Below are positions 34,162 through 45,040 of a stretch of 64,000 nt of DNA, piece by piece. The notes beneath the pieces were generated by a model. The model worked only from the letters and a program-made list of their open reading frames with translations. It did no database searches and was not told the DNA's origin. The DNA is from Thecamonas trahens ATCC 50062 (Eukaryota; Protista; Apusomonadida): positions 1-64,000 of the forward strand of contig NW_013657656.1 of NCBI RefSeq assembly GCF_000142905.1, written 5' to 3'. Made by a program: the position numbers and the translations under genes. Numbering within the stretch: position 1 is the first letter of the stretch; every line of letters starts with the position of its first letter.

Positions 34162-36870
34162 ATGTCATCTGGATCGCGGAGAAAGGAAGTGGTCTTGCCT
34201 GGACGTGATACCTCGTACACATTGCTCAAGACCATCGGCAAGGGCCAGTATGGCAAGGTCAAGCTAGCAATTGACAAGAACTCGGGCCGCAAGGTGGCGG
34301 TCAAGATTTTCACCAAGAAGGAGCTGACGTCCAAAGAGAAGATCATGTTTGAGCGCGAGCTGCGGATCCACGAGATGATGGACCACCCGCACATCTGCAA
34401 GGTCTATGAGATCATCAAGGTTCGTGGCAAGGGCACTTTTGTCGTCACCGAGTACTGCGAGAACGGCGAGCTCTTCCAGCACCTGCTCACGCACGGCCGG
34501 GTCCGGGAAGCCGAGGCCCGCCGCTTCTTCCGCCAGCTCATCTCGGCCGTCGAGTACGTCCACACTGCCGGCTTTGTCCACCGCGATCTCAAGCTCGAGA
34601 ACATTCTGCTCGACGAGAATTTTAATGTCAAGCTCGTCGACTTTGGCTTTGCTCGCGGCTACTGTCCCGTGCAGTACGTGCAGACCTCGTGCGGCTCGCC
34701 GCACTATGCTGCGCCTGAAATCCTGCTCGGCGAAAAGTACCACGGACCCGAGGTCGACATCTGGTCGCTCGGCATCATTCTCTATGCGCTTGCTGTTGGC
34801 GCCATGCCGTACCGCGAGAACAACGCGTCGGAACTCCGCGGCGCCTTCCGCGAGGGCAAGCGCTTCCGCAACTCGTCCAAGCTCACGGCCGAATCGTTTG
34901 CGCTCCTGGACCGGATGCTCACCCTCGAACGCCGCGATCGCGCCACCCTCTCCTACGTCCGCTCCTCCGCGTGGGTTCTCCTCGACTCTGGCCCGCTGCC
35001 GCCGGTCAAGCCGTTTGTCTTTGACCCGACCATCGACGCCCTCGCCCCGTCATTCCCACAGTTCCACGACTACGCTGTCTCGGAGCTCAAGGCCATGGGC
35101 TTTATCATCACTCCAGACGTCGAGCCGGCGGCGCACATCAAGACCCTCTACCACAAGATCTTCCACCGTCGCGCCCACGACAACGACGAGTATCTCGAGC
35201 TCCGCGCCCGCTTCGAGTCAACCGGCCAAGTCGAAGGCGAGTCGCTCGTCCCGGCTCTCTCCTCGTCATGCCTCTTCCCCTCGGATTCAAAGCACGCGCT
35301 CGGCGGCGCTAGCTCGGACGACGACGCTCCAGACTCGGCCCGCAGGTCGCGCAAGGACAAGGACAAGGACAAATCCAAGGCCAAGTACAAGGACAAGGGC
35401 AAGGGCAAGGGCAAGGGCAAGAGCAAGGGCAAGGCCAAGGCCAAGGACAAGGACAAGGCCAAGGACAAGGCCAAGGACAAAGACAAGGACAAGGACAAGG
35501 CCAAGGACAGAGCGCCGCAGACGCCGCGGACAGCGCGCAAGGAAAAGGAGAAAGACAGGCTGCGGCGCGACGCAAGTGCCACGTCGCGGACACCACGAAC
35601 GCCACGGACACCGCGGTCGCGGCGGTCGTCACGCAACTCGCTTGACTCGAGCTGCGCCTCACCGCGTGGACTCTCGCTCTCGCCGCGACCAGACCGGTCA
35701 GTATCATCGTCGCCGCAGCGATCGCTTTCGCGCATGGGAAGGCCGCGGGTTGAGCCGTTCCCAGCCCTGGTTGAAGGAACCGAGATGGAGATTTCACATC
35801 TGTCGAGGTTTGGTGCGTCCGGCCATGACTCGCCGCGCGGACTCCCATCGGTTCCAGCTGGCTCGGTGACGTACCGCTCGTCACGTGGTGGTTCTGAGTC
35901 TGGCGCTGGTTCGTCGTCGACCGAGTACGTGCTTGCCGAGGAGCTCAAGCCCATGCACGGCGTGTACGTCACCGACATCTCGTCGCTCGACGAGTCGTCG
36001 CTCGACGGCTCACACTTGGACTATCCACGTGACTTTTCGTCGCCGGACGCGCCACGGCTCTCCAATGCACCGGCGTTCTCGGCCGGCGTTGGCTTTGGCA
36101 CTGCCGACATTGCGTCGGGCGCCGGCAGCCGCTTTGCGTCGCCGGCGCTCTCTGCCCGGTCGTCACGCGCATCGGACACGCGGACAACGTCACCGCTGCC
36201 GCCAGTCAACGACCCGCGCGGCCGCGGTCGGCGCCGGCGCACCTCGCTCTCGCTCGGCGGCGACATCAAGATGGCCGGCGACCGGCTGGCGGTCTCGGCC
36301 CAGCAGCTGACCGACATGCTTGCGGCGTCGCGTGGCGGCGTCGCGGGCGGCCAGGCGGCCGTTGCGGCGGGCGGTGCGCCAGCATCGTCCAAGCCGGCGC
36401 CGCTTGTTGTTGACCCGTCGGTCAACGTCCGCGGTGTGCGGCGCCGCATCTCCGTTGCTGTCCCCGACTCGCATGCCGACTCGACACTTGCGCAGTATGA
36501 CCAGGACCTTGCCAACCGCCAATCCCGCGGAGCTGGCGCGTCGAGCTCGGGCGCCGGCGCCGCGTCGTCATCGACGCCCGCCAAGCGACCGCCGCGCACC
36601 GTCCGCGTCACCTTTGCCTCGCGCAATGTCTCGTCGCGCGACGCCGACGTTCTCCTCCTTGAGGTACAGGCCGCGCTCTTCTCACGCTCCATCCAGTTTA
36701 TCGAGCGTGATTACCTCATGCGCTGTACCGCCGGCGACATCACCTTTGAGGTCGAAATCCTCCGCCTCCCGCGCCTTGAGTTGCACTGCATCAACTTTAA
36801 GCGCATCTCGGGTGAGTCGTGGCTTTACCAGAAGCTCTACCACTCGCTCCTGGCCTCCATCCGCATGTAA
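34162..36870 (+). CDS. CAMKL (MARK/Par-1/Kin1-like) Ser/Thr kinase with a C-terminal KA1 domain
   Basis: GKGQYGKV, VAVK, HRDLKLEN, DFG, TSCGSPHYAAPE. KA1 motif FEVEILRLPRLELHCINFKRISGESWLYQKL. Confidence 0.92.
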   Translation: MSSGSRRKEVVLPGRDTSYTLLKTIGKGQYGKVKLAIDKNSGRKVAVKIFTKKELTSKEKIMFERELRIHEMMDHPHICKVYEIIKVRGKGTFVVTEYCENGELFQHLLTHGRVREAEARRFFRQLISAVEYVHTAGFVHRDLKLENILLDENFNVKLVDFGFARGYCPVQYVQTSCGSPHYAAPEILLGEKYHGPEVDIWSLGIILYALAVGAMPYRENNASELRGAFREGKRFRNSSKLTAESFALLDRMLTLERRDRATLSYVRSSAWVLLDSGPLPPVKPFVFDPTIDALAPSFPQFHDYAVSELKAMGFIITPDVEPAAHIKTLYHKIFHRRAHDNDEYLELRARFESTGQVEGESLVPALSSSCLFPSDSKHALGGASSDDDAPDSARRSRKDKDKDKSKAKYKDKGKGKGKGKSKGKAKAKDKDKAKDKAKDKDKDKDKAKDRAPQTPRTARKEKEKDRLRRDASATSRTPRTPRTPRSRRSSRNSLDSSCASPRGLSLSPRPDRSVSSSPQRSLSRMGRPRVEPFPALVEGTEMEISHLSRFGASGHDSPRGLPSVPAGSVTYRSSRGGSESGAGSSSTEYVLAEELKPMHGVYVTDISSLDESSLDGSHLDYPRDFSSPDAPRLSNAPAFSAGVGFGTADIASGAGSRFASPALSARSSRASDTRTTSPLPPVNDPRGRGRRRRTSLSLGGDIKMAGDRLAVSAQQLTDMLAASRGGVAGGQAAVAAGGAPASSKPAPLVVDPSVNVRGVRRRISVAVPDSHADSTLAQYDQDLANRQSRGAGASSSGAGAASSSTPAKRPPRTVRVTFASRNVSSRDADVLLLEVQAALFSRSIQFIERDYLMRCTAGDITFEVEILRLPRLELHCINFKRISGESWLYQKLYHSLLASIRM
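35352..35508 (+). repeat. Coding hexamer repeat (CAAGGA/CAAGGG/CAAGGC) encoding a KD/KG/KA tract
   Basis: KDKDKDKSKAKYKDKGKGKGKGKSKGKAKAKDKD... inside the kinase. Confidence 0.85.
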
Positions 36871-36908
36871 AGCGCTTGCCTCCGTTTTGCCTCTTGCCGA
36901 CAGGCCAC

Positions 36909-37934
36909 TCAGGCAAGCTGCCGTGGCTGCAGCTCTTGGCCAACGCCTCCCGCTGCTCCCGACAGCAGTTTGGCCCGCTTGGCACCCCGTCCGGCATCGA
37001 CGGCGTCGACCAGGCTGCGGTGCTTGCGGAGTGTGACGTCGAGGAGCGCGCCGTCGATGACCCGCCAGACGCCGGTCTGGAGCAGGGTCTGGCAGCAGAG
37101 GCACTCGGCGGCGCACTCCTCAAAGTGGCTTCGGTGCTTGACAACCGACTTTTCGTGCTTGGCCACCGACGCCCGCTTGTCGTTGTCGCCCTGCGCCCGC
37201 GACCGCCAGCGGCATCCGTCATGCGAGCACTGGAAAAAGTCGATCGATCCGTCGCCCGAGGCCGAGCCAGAGCCCGAGCTCGATCCCGAGGCCGAGCCTT
37301 CAGCGAGTGTCGGTGGCGGGGACGCCGGCGCGGTCGGCGAGGCTGAGCCCTGCGGCGAGCGGCGCTCAGGAGCCGTAGCCGCCCACAGTTCCGACGCAAA
37401 CCGACGCGGCGAGGCCGAGGCAGGTCGTGCCGCCCCAGGCGGCGGCGTCGCGGCGAGGCTCGCGCTGGTGCCTGCCGACGGCGGCGCTGACCGCGGCGTG
37501 CGCTCGGCACGAGCCGTCGGCTCAACCACCACGCTAAGTGGGCGCGGATCCCAGCTGGTGTACCGCTCCTCGTACACGCTCAAGTCTGTCCACTCGCCAC
37601 ACTCGAGCATGGCGAGGCAGAGCGCGCACGACTCCTTGTGCCCATCAAAGTGCTCCGTGTGCGAGTTGAACGCCCGCTGGTGCGAGTTGAGTCGAGCCTT
37701 GCTCTCGCAGCTGAACTCGCATCCGACATGGCCGCACACCAGCCGCTGTCTCGCCACCGCCAGCGACGGCGCTGGCGCTAAAGCCGATGACGGGCGTGAG
37801 CTTAATCTTGTCGATGCTTCATCATCAGATGTTGCATCGGCAACCTGTTCCGTGGCGGAAGGCGCAGCAGCAGCGGCAGGCCCGGCACCGGCGGCGGTAG
37901 GGGCACGACTTGGCGGCGTTCTTAAAGTGGTCAT
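36909..37934 (-). CDS. Hypothetical protein with two Cys/His-rich (zinc-finger-like) domains
   Basis: CGHVGC...HQRAFNSHTEHF...CALC and CSHDGC...HEKSVVKHRSHF...CLCC. ATG-to-stop ORF of 341 aa. Confidence 0.7.
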   Translation of the reverse strand: MTTLRTPPSRAPTAAGAGPAAAAAPSATEQVADATSDDEASTRLSSRPSSALAPAPSLAVARQRLVCGHVGCEFSCESKARLNSHQRAFNSHTEHFDGHKESCALCLAMLECGEWTDLSVYEERYTSWDPRPLSVVVEPTARAERTPRSAPPSAGTSASLAATPPPGAARPASASPRRFASELWAATAPERRSPQGSASPTAPASPPPTLAEGSASGSSSGSGSASGDGSIDFFQCSHDGCRWRSRAQGDNDKRASVAKHEKSVVKHRSHFEECAAECLCCQTLLQTGVWRVIDGALLDVTLRKHRSLVDAVDAGRGAKRAKLLSGAAGGVGQELQPRQLA

Positions 37935-38778
37935 CGAGAGTCGGCGGCAAGCGGGTGGCTTTGCAGGGCTCTGGACGGCGATCTGCGGCGATTAGAGTAG
38001 CGAAAATGAGATGAGGCACCTCAGCAGCCAAGGGGCGCCACAGAGAGCCTACTTGTAGCCTCTAAAACGGATGTGGTGGTTCTTCGCAGCGAGGTTCTTG
38101 TGCTCTTGTTTGGCCTTCGTGATCGAGAACGTGACGAAATGGACGACACGTTGGAGGATGCGAATGCCGGGCGTATGGCCATTCAAGCACAGAGCAACGA
38201 GGAGAGAGAGAGGGGGAGAAGAAGAGAGGAAGAGAGATGGAGAGCTAGCGGATGTAAACCTTGGTCTACCAATGCACAGGGCGGGGCGGAGGGGGGGGGG
38301 AGAGCAAGGTGGTGTTCTGCCGGCTACCAGTTGCACAAGTCAACTATGCCAATGTCAATGTCATTGTCGAATGACCCGTGCTGCTGCTCCTCCCTCTTGC
38401 CTTGGCGCCAAGCCCTTCCTCCACTTGCACCATCCTCCCGCTCCCCTCCCGTCCTCCCCCCTCCCCTCCCCCCCCCCCAACCTCTGCCATCCCATCAACC
38501 CACCACCTTCTTATCCGCTCATCTCTTTCCTACCTCCCCTCCTCCAGATGTCAACCACCCCGCCCGATCACCAACCCCGATCGATCACCACCCCGCCCGA
38601 TCACTACCCCGCCCGATCACTACACGATGACCACCCCGTTCTCCACCCCCCCCCCCCCCCCACCCCCCCACCCCTCCACCCCACCCCCCTTCTACCTCAC
38701 CTTCACTTTACCCCTCTCCACCAAAGCCCACTCTCTACCTTCACCTCCTTCTCCACCCTCTCCACCGACCCACCCACC

Positions 38779-40860
38779 ATGTCCAACCTCAAACGCGACC
38801 TGGAGGACCCGACAGACAACCCCAGCGAGACTGTACGACCCGGCTACCTCCACTTCCGCCTCTCCCCCCCCCCCTCCCCTTCCCTCTTCCCTCCCCCCCC
38901 CCCCAATCTCTATGACTCACCGCCCGCCTCCCTGTCGCAGAAGCGGAAGAAGGCCCTCCACCCGGCCAAGCAGCGGATTCTGGCGGCAACTACTATGGGC
39001 GGTGCCGACGAGAGCGGGTCGGGTGCTGGTACGGGTGCAGCTAGTGCCGACGAGGATGGCGCGCATATTGCTGCTGCAGTTGACGACGACGACGATGATG
39101 ATGATGCTGATGTCGAGGATCTGTTTGGCTCTGATGATGAGATGGACCTCGGTGGGGATGATGACGATGATGAAGACGACAATGGTGGTGGCGGTCTCGA
39201 TGATGGTCCGCCGCAGCCGCCCAACGACGGCTTTGACGGCGAGCTTTATGGCGACGCAGCGGATCGGGCGCAGCTGGCAGCCATGTCTGAGCTGCAGCGT
39301 GAGGAGATCATTGCAGAGCGGCGTGAGCGGCGCGCCCAGCAGCAGCGATTGTACGAGGGCCGGCTGCGCAAGTGGCAGGCGGCACAGGCGGCCAAGGCGG
39401 CGGCGGCGCGCGCGGCCGGCGACGCGGGCGCGAGCGGTGAGGGCGCAATTGGCAGCGGCTCGCGGCTCTCGCGCAAAGAGCGAATGGACGCGTTGGCGGC
39501 ACAGAAGAGGGCCAAGGAGCGAGCTGCGCGCAAGGCGCGGCTCGACATTGGCGGCGACGACGACGACGACGGTGACTACGAGGTCGACGACGTGTCAGAC
39601 GTCGACGACGACGACGGCGACCCAGACTACGATGAGTCTGGGTATGCCGGGCGGCGGGCGATGGACATTGAGGCGGACCTTGCGTCGCGGCGCGAGGCCG
39701 AGCGCGTCGAGGCCTCGCGGTGGCTCAACGAGGGCGACTACGACCCGCGGTCCGGAGTGCGGATGCAGACGGCGTGGGAGAAGACCTTTGAGGCGCCGGA
39801 CGACCCGCGTGGGTTCCCGGCCGGGCGTGCCGACTGCGAGTCGGTCCGGCTCAAGCGTTCGCATCTGGAAAAGTGGCTGTTTGAGCCGTTTTTTGCCGAC
39901 GCTGTCGTCGGCGCCTACGTCCGGCTCATGGTCGCCAGCTCGGGCAGCGCGCCGGGCTACAAGATGTACGAGGTGGTGGGTGTGACCGATGGCACCGACA
40001 CCAGCGTTGCCGAATACTCGCTCGGGCACTACACAACGCGGCGGCAGCTCCTGCTCCGCACCTCGCGCGGCGACAAGCCGCGGTCGATGGCCTTTGTATC
40101 CAACCAGCCCTTTACCGAGTCCGAGTTTGGCTTCTGGGCCTCGGAGCAGTCGCGGTCGAACAACCTATTCCCGGTCGTCTTTGACATCCGTATGAAGCGA
40201 AACGCGCTCAACGCCGCTGCCAACTACATCCACTCGGACGCCGAGATTGCTGCCATGACCATTGCCAAGCGCAACGCCGGCATCAACCGCCCCATGGGCA
40301 TCGAAAAGGCCCAGCTTTTGCTGGAGGCCGACGAGGCTAAGGAGCACGGCGACATCGCCCGCCACAACGAGCTCCAAGTCCGCATCAAGGAGCTCGGCGA
40401 GGCCAAGCTCAAGAAGTACCAGGACCGCAAGCGGAACCAGGCCCACATTTCCGCCATCAACAACGCCGCCCGCGAGGCCAACTTCCAGGCCCTCAAGCTC
40501 CGCAAGCGACTCAACGAGCAGAATGCCGCCGCAAACTCCAAGAAGCTCAACCCGTTTGCCCGCCAGGACACCGTGCCCTCGGTCATGTGGCGCGTCTCGC
40601 AGACTGCAGAAGGCTTGTCCGACGCCCAGACCCCGGGCTCGCCCGCCGCCGCCGCTGCCGCCGCCGCCGCCGCCAGAGCTTCCTCGCCCACCTCGGCCGC
40701 CGCCGCCAAGCCCCAGCCACCGACCTCGGTCCTTGCCGACTCGATCGCTGACCGCCACAAGGCCTTTTCGCTCGATCTCGACCTCTCGGCCGGCCTCGAC
40801 CTCGCCTCGGCGCCCGGCGCCGACTTTAAGCTGCCAACCATCAAGGTCAAGCGCCGTTGA
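38779..40860 (+). CDS. RTF1: RTF1 (Paf1 complex, Plus3 domain); in-frame intron 38833-38940
   Basis: LYGDAADRAQLAAMSELQREEIIAER. Plus3 motifs RLKRSHLEKWLFEPFF..VVGAYVRL and FVSNQPFTESEF. Also NPFARQDT. The C-rich intron runs GTACGA...GCAG. Confidence 0.88.
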   Translation: MSNLKRDLEDPTDNPSETVRPGYLHFRLSPPPSPSLFPPPPPNLYDSPPASLSQKRKKALHPAKQRILAATTMGGADESGSGAGTGAASADEDGAHIAAAVDDDDDDDDADVEDLFGSDDEMDLGGDDDDDEDDNGGGGLDDGPPQPPNDGFDGELYGDAADRAQLAAMSELQREEIIAERRERRAQQQRLYEGRLRKWQAAQAAKAAAARAAGDAGASGEGAIGSGSRLSRKERMDALAAQKRAKERAARKARLDIGGDDDDDGDYEVDDVSDVDDDDGDPDYDESGYAGRRAMDIEADLASRREAERVEASRWLNEGDYDPRSGVRMQTAWEKTFEAPDDPRGFPAGRADCESVRLKRSHLEKWLFEPFFADAVVGAYVRLMVASSGSAPGYKMYEVVGVTDGTDTSVAEYSLGHYTTRRQLLLRTSRGDKPRSMAFVSNQPFTESEFGFWASEQSRSNNLFPVVFDIRMKRNALNAAANYIHSDAEIAAMTIAKRNAGINRPMGIEKAQLLLEADEAKEHGDIARHNELQVRIKELGEAKLKKYQDRKRNQAHISAINNAAREANFQALKLRKRLNEQNAAANSKKLNPFARQDTVPSVMWRVSQTAEGLSDAQTPGSPAAAAAAAAAARASSPTSAAAAKPQPPTSVLADSIADRHKAFSLDLDLSAGLDLASAPGADFKLPTIKVKRR

Positions 40861-40880
40861 TGTTGATGCCCCCCCCCCCC

Positions 40881-40980
40881 NNNNNNNNNNNNNNNNNNNN
40901 NNNNNNNNNNNNNNNNNNNNNNNNNNNNNNNNNNNNNNNNNNNNNNNNNNNNNNNNNNNNNNNNNNNNNNNNNNNNNNNN
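40881..40980. other. Assembly gap (100 N)
   Basis: N run preceded by a poly-C tract. Confidence 0.99.
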
Positions 40981-43581
40981 GGCGCGCGCGCCGACCCGGT
41001 CTTCCGTGACGCCAAGCTCGCGCAGTACGCGGCGGCCGGCGCGACGCCGGTTGAGTTTCTCGCCATTGTTGACAACCGGTTCGGCGGCGGCAACCCGACG
41101 GCCTTTGCGCTCAAGACCACGTTCCAGTTTGCGCTCCCACTCGCGGGCTATGCCACGGCCAAGGACCGGCCCGAAGAGCAGGAGGACAAGATCAAGCAGT
41201 TTCTCTTTGACGCCTACAACGAGTACTTGTTCAACGTTCACGATGCCACGCCGCACTTCAAGGTGGTGTGGGAGGGCTTTGGCATGAACGATCTCTACGT
41301 CTCGCAGCTCATCCCGCAGGATGTTGCGTTTGCGGCCCTCTCGTTCACCTTTGTCCTCATCTACATGGGCTTTATGACCAAGTCGTGGTTCCTCGCCTTT
41401 TCCGGCATGTTCCAGATCCTCTGCGCCTTCTTCCCGGCGTATCTGGTGTACCGGCTGGTGCTCCAGCAAAAGTCGGTGACGGTCTTCTCGGCGCTCTCGC
41501 TCTTCCTTCTCCTCGCAATTGGCGCCGACGATATCTTTGTCTCGATCGACACGTGGAACGAGACCAAGGCGTACGGAAAGTACTCGCTCCTTCATCGGCT
41601 ATCATTCTCGTGGCGCCGCTCTGCAGAGGCCATGCTTGTGACTTCGCTCACCACCATGGCCTCGTTCCTCGCCAACGCCACCTCGGCCTTCCCGGCCGTC
41701 TCCACCTTTGGCCTCCTTGCCGCCACTCTCATCCTCATCAACTACATTCTAGTGGTCACCTTTTTCCCGGCTGTCCTCACCACCTACGCCACCATCATCG
41801 AGCCGCGCTTTTCCTTTTGCTGCGGCTTCTCGGCTTGGTGCTCACGCCACTGCCCGCCTCGCTGCTGTGCCGATCATGACGACGTGCCGCCCGAGAATGA
41901 GCTGTGGACAGTCAACGAGTTCGACTCGGAGCAGCAAGAGGGGCTGTGGACTAGCACGCTCTCTGCCTCGTGCGACGAGCAGCAGGAGACCTCGTCGGCT
42001 CCCTCGAGCTCATCATCGGATTCCTCGACGGCACTCTCGGCCCGCATTTTCCGAGTCGAGCACGGCGAGGTGGCCGAGCACGACGGCGACGGCGACGAGG
42101 ATGAGCACCACAACTCTGTCATTGTCGAGTGCTTTGAGGGACCGTTTGCATCCGGGATCTACAAGCTCCGCTTCACCATCATCCTGGGCTTTATTGCTCT
42201 CTTCATCTTTTCGGCCATCATGGCTTCGCGCCTCGGTGCCGACCCGGATCCGCCGCAGTTCCTCCCGAAGGGCAACCCGTACCAGGACTTTGTGCCCGAG
42301 CTTGTCGCACGCTTTGCGCGTGGCCCGTCGGTGTACTCAGTTCGGCAGCGGATGGTCCATGGCTTCCACCCACCGGCGCCAATTGATCGAAAGGGCACCG
42401 AGTCGACCGACCCACAGGACTACGGCAACCCGCGATGGAGCCCGCAGTTCAATCTTCCGGTTGCTTTTGAGTGCATCGCCCACATTCTGGAGAGCAGCGA
42501 ACCGCGCGACGACGCACTGACCACCGGCGGCCCGCCGGCGTTCACCGTCGACTCGTTTGTGCTCCCGCTCAAGAACTGGATCTTGTCGACATACGGCGCG
42601 TCGGAGTACGCTGCTGCCACCGGCGCCGGCGCCAACGACACCCTCTTCCGCGACCTTGCCGTCGAGTTCCTCACTCTGGACGACAACCTCAACACGTACT
42701 CCAAGTACATCTACGCCACGATTTCGGGCCCGGCCCCCGAGGTCAGGTTTGTCTACTCTGAGCTCCGGCTGACAACCTCGCAGTACACCGACTTTGAAGA
42801 GGGCATCAAGCTCTGGGACCGGTGGGAGGCGCACTTTAACGCGCTGCAGTCGACGGCGCCGGCGTGCGCGGGCGTATCGACCGAGTCGGCCGGCTTCCAG
42901 TACTCACAGGCCGCCGTCTTCTGGTTCATCCAGGACAAGCTTGTCGCCGAGGCCTTTACCGGCATCGCGCTCTCGCTCACCTTTGCGCTCATTGTCCTCG
43001 TTGTCGCTACCAAGAACTTGTATGTTGGCCTCCTCGCCACCTTTGTCGTCTTCTGCATCGTCATCACCACCCTCGCCTTTATGGTGCTCCTCGGCTGGAA
43101 GCTCGGCGTGCTCGAGGCCATTCTCCTAGTCCTCATCCCGGGTATGGCCATCGACTTTGTGGCCCACCTCGCGCAGGGCTACATGAACGCCCCGCACTCA
43201 TCGCGGCGCAAGCGGGTCCGGGCCATGCTCGGTGAGGTCGGCATCTCGGTTCTCTCCGGCGCCATCTCCACCATCGGCGCCTCGGCCGCGCTCCTCTTCA
43301 CCACCATCACGTTTTTCTTCTCCTTTGGCCTCACCATCATGTTTGTCATCGGCGCCTCGCTCTTCTGGTCGCTCGTCTTCTTCCCGGCCATTCTCTTTGT
43401 CATCGGCCCGCAGGCCAACACCGGCATGTGGACTATCTGGCTCGCCGCCTGCTGGTCCAAGGTCAAGGCTGCCCGCAATGGCTCGGCCTCGCAGCGTTCG
43501 GGCCACGTCCATGCCTCAGGACAGGGCATGAACACGATCTCGTCCACCCACCCATCGACCTCCTCGTCGAGCTCGGCCTAG
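40981..43581 (+). CDS. Dispatched/Patched-family RND transporter with sterol-sensing domain (5' end in gap)
   Basis: Open from the gap. TM4 LAIGADDIFV, AMLVTSLTT, TM10 PGMAIDFVAHL, SVLSGAISTIG. Confidence 0.88.
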   Translation, partial: GARADPVFRDAKLAQYAAAGATPVEFLAIVDNRFGGGNPTAFALKTTFQFALPLAGYATAKDRPEEQEDKIKQFLFDAYNEYLFNVHDATPHFKVVWEGFGMNDLYVSQLIPQDVAFAALSFTFVLIYMGFMTKSWFLAFSGMFQILCAFFPAYLVYRLVLQQKSVTVFSALSLFLLLAIGADDIFVSIDTWNETKAYGKYSLLHRLSFSWRRSAEAMLVTSLTTMASFLANATSAFPAVSTFGLLAATLILINYILVVTFFPAVLTTYATIIEPRFSFCCGFSAWCSRHCPPRCCADHDDVPPENELWTVNEFDSEQQEGLWTSTLSASCDEQQETSSAPSSSSSDSSTALSARIFRVEHGEVAEHDGDGDEDEHHNSVIVECFEGPFASGIYKLRFTIILGFIALFIFSAIMASRLGADPDPPQFLPKGNPYQDFVPELVARFARGPSVYSVRQRMVHGFHPPAPIDRKGTESTDPQDYGNPRWSPQFNLPVAFECIAHILESSEPRDDALTTGGPPAFTVDSFVLPLKNWILSTYGASEYAAATGAGANDTLFRDLAVEFLTLDDNLNTYSKYIYATISGPAPEVRFVYSELRLTTSQYTDFEEGIKLWDRWEAHFNALQSTAPACAGVSTESAGFQYSQAAVFWFIQDKLVAEAFTGIALSLTFALIVLVVATKNLYVGLLATFVVFCIVITTLAFMVLLGWKLGVLEAILLVLIPGMAIDFVAHLAQGYMNAPHSSRRKRVRAMLGEVGISVLSGAISTIGASAALLFTTITFFFSFGLTIMFVIGASLFWSLVFFPAILFVIGPQANTGMWTIWLAACWSKVKAARNGSASQRSGHVHASGQGMNTISSTHPSTSSSSSA

Positions 43582-43626
43582 TTACCGTGACGTACCACCG
43601 TAAAATGCGGTCGAACCCCCCCCCCC

Positions 43627-43726
43627 NNNNNNNNNNNNNNNNNNNNNNNNNNNNNNNNNNNNNNNNNNNNNNNNNNNNNNNNNNNNNNNNNNNNNNNNNN
43701 NNNNNNNNNNNNNNNNNNNNNNNNNN
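43627..43726. other. Assembly gap (100 N)
   Basis: N run preceded by a poly-C tract. Confidence 0.99.
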
Positions 43727-43747
43727 TCCCCCCACACCCACACACAG

Positions 43748-44866
43748 TACCGACTCGGTCGTAAGATCGGAGCCGGCTCGTTCGGGGACATCTACTCGGG
43801 CGTGGACTCGACGAATGGAGAGGAGATTGCCATCAAGCTCGAATCGACAAAGTCGCGCCATGCACAGCTGCTGTACGAGTCCAAGTTGTATCGCATCTTG
43901 GCAGGAGGGACGGGCATTCCGTTTGTGAGGTGGTTCGGTGTCGAGGGGGACTACAACGTGATGGTCATGGACTTGTTGGGCCCGTCTCTGGAGGACGTGT
44001 TCACCTTTTGCAAGCGAAGCTTCTCCCTCAAGACCATCCTCATGATCGCGGATCAGATGCTCCTCCGTGTCGAGTACCTCCATTGCAAGAACTTTATTCA
44101 CCGCGACCTCAAGCCCGACAACTTTCTCCTCGGCCTCGGCAAGAAGGGCAACCAGGTGTTCCTCATCGACTTTGGCCTCGCCAAAAAGTACCGCGATCCA
44201 CGGACACACTTTCACATTCCCTACCGCGAGAACAAGACTCTGACCGGCACCGCCCGCTACGCCTCGATCAACACTCACCTCGGCATCGAGCAGTCGCGCC
44301 GCGATGATCTGGAGGCCATCGGCTACATTCTCATGTATTTTAACCGCGGCGCCCTGCCCTGGCAGGGCCTCCGCGCAGACACCAAGAAGCACAAGTATGA
44401 GCGCATTTCCGAGAAGAAGATGACTACTCCCGTCGAGCTCCTCTGCAAGGGCCACCCACCGGAGTTTGCCATTTTCCTCAACTACACCCGCTCGCTCCGC
44501 TTTGACGACCGCCCCGACTACGGCTACCTGCGCAAGCTCTTCCGCGACCTGTTTCTCGCCCAGGGCTACCGCTACGACTACGTCTACGACTGGACAACAC
44601 AGCGCAAGGCTACCTCGCCATCGGGCGCTTCGTCCTCGACCGCCTCGCCCGCCGCTGCCTCGCCAGGCAAGTCGGCAAAGGCTGGCAAGTCCAAGCCCGA
44701 CGCGCCCGACGCCGCCTCTGCCTCACCCGCCCCGCCGCCCTCCTCCGCCCTCAAGTCACCACCCTCAAAGTCCGCCGCCACACGCCTCCGCACCGGCTCG
44801 CCCGCCGCCGTCTCCTCCACCAACGCCATTGCCTCGTCCTCTTTTGCCAGCGGCACCAAACAGTAG
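43748..44866 (+). CDS. CK1: Casein kinase 1 (delta/epsilon-like); first exon missing, probably in the gap
   Basis: After the acceptor CACAG: [56 protein letters not shown]. Confidence 0.95.
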   Translation, partial: YRLGRKIGAGSFGDIYSGVDSTNGEEIAIKLESTKSRHAQLLYESKLYRILAGGTGIPFVRWFGVEGDYNVMVMDLLGPSLEDVFTFCKRSFSLKTILMIADQMLLRVEYLHCKNFIHRDLKPDNFLLGLGKKGNQVFLIDFGLAKKYRDPRTHFHIPYRENKTLTGTARYASINTHLGIEQSRRDDLEAIGYILMYFNRGALPWQGLRADTKKHKYERISEKKMTTPVELLCKGHPPEFAIFLNYTRSLRFDDRPDYGYLRKLFRDLFLAQGYRYDYVYDWTTQRKATSPSGASSSTASPAAASPGKSAKAGKSKPDAPDAASASPAPPPSSALKSPPSKSAATRLRTGSPAAVSSTNAIASSSFASGTKQ

Positions 44867-45040
44867 CTGCTGCCATCCCCCCCACCACCCCCCACCACCC
44901 TCGATCAAACCATCCCCTCCCGCCCTGCCCTGCCTCTCATCACCGAACTCGTCCCAACAACTTTGATTTTTGGCCCCCTCCTCCTGCCACCCCCACCCCA
45001 CCACCCACCCCACCTGTCACCCCCCCCACCCCCCTCGCCC

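Noticed and set aside
38071-38778. N-terminal 236 aa of the 929-aa RTF1 ORF
   Set aside because: Purine- then C-rich promoter sequence that is open by chance. The likely start is accATG at 38779.
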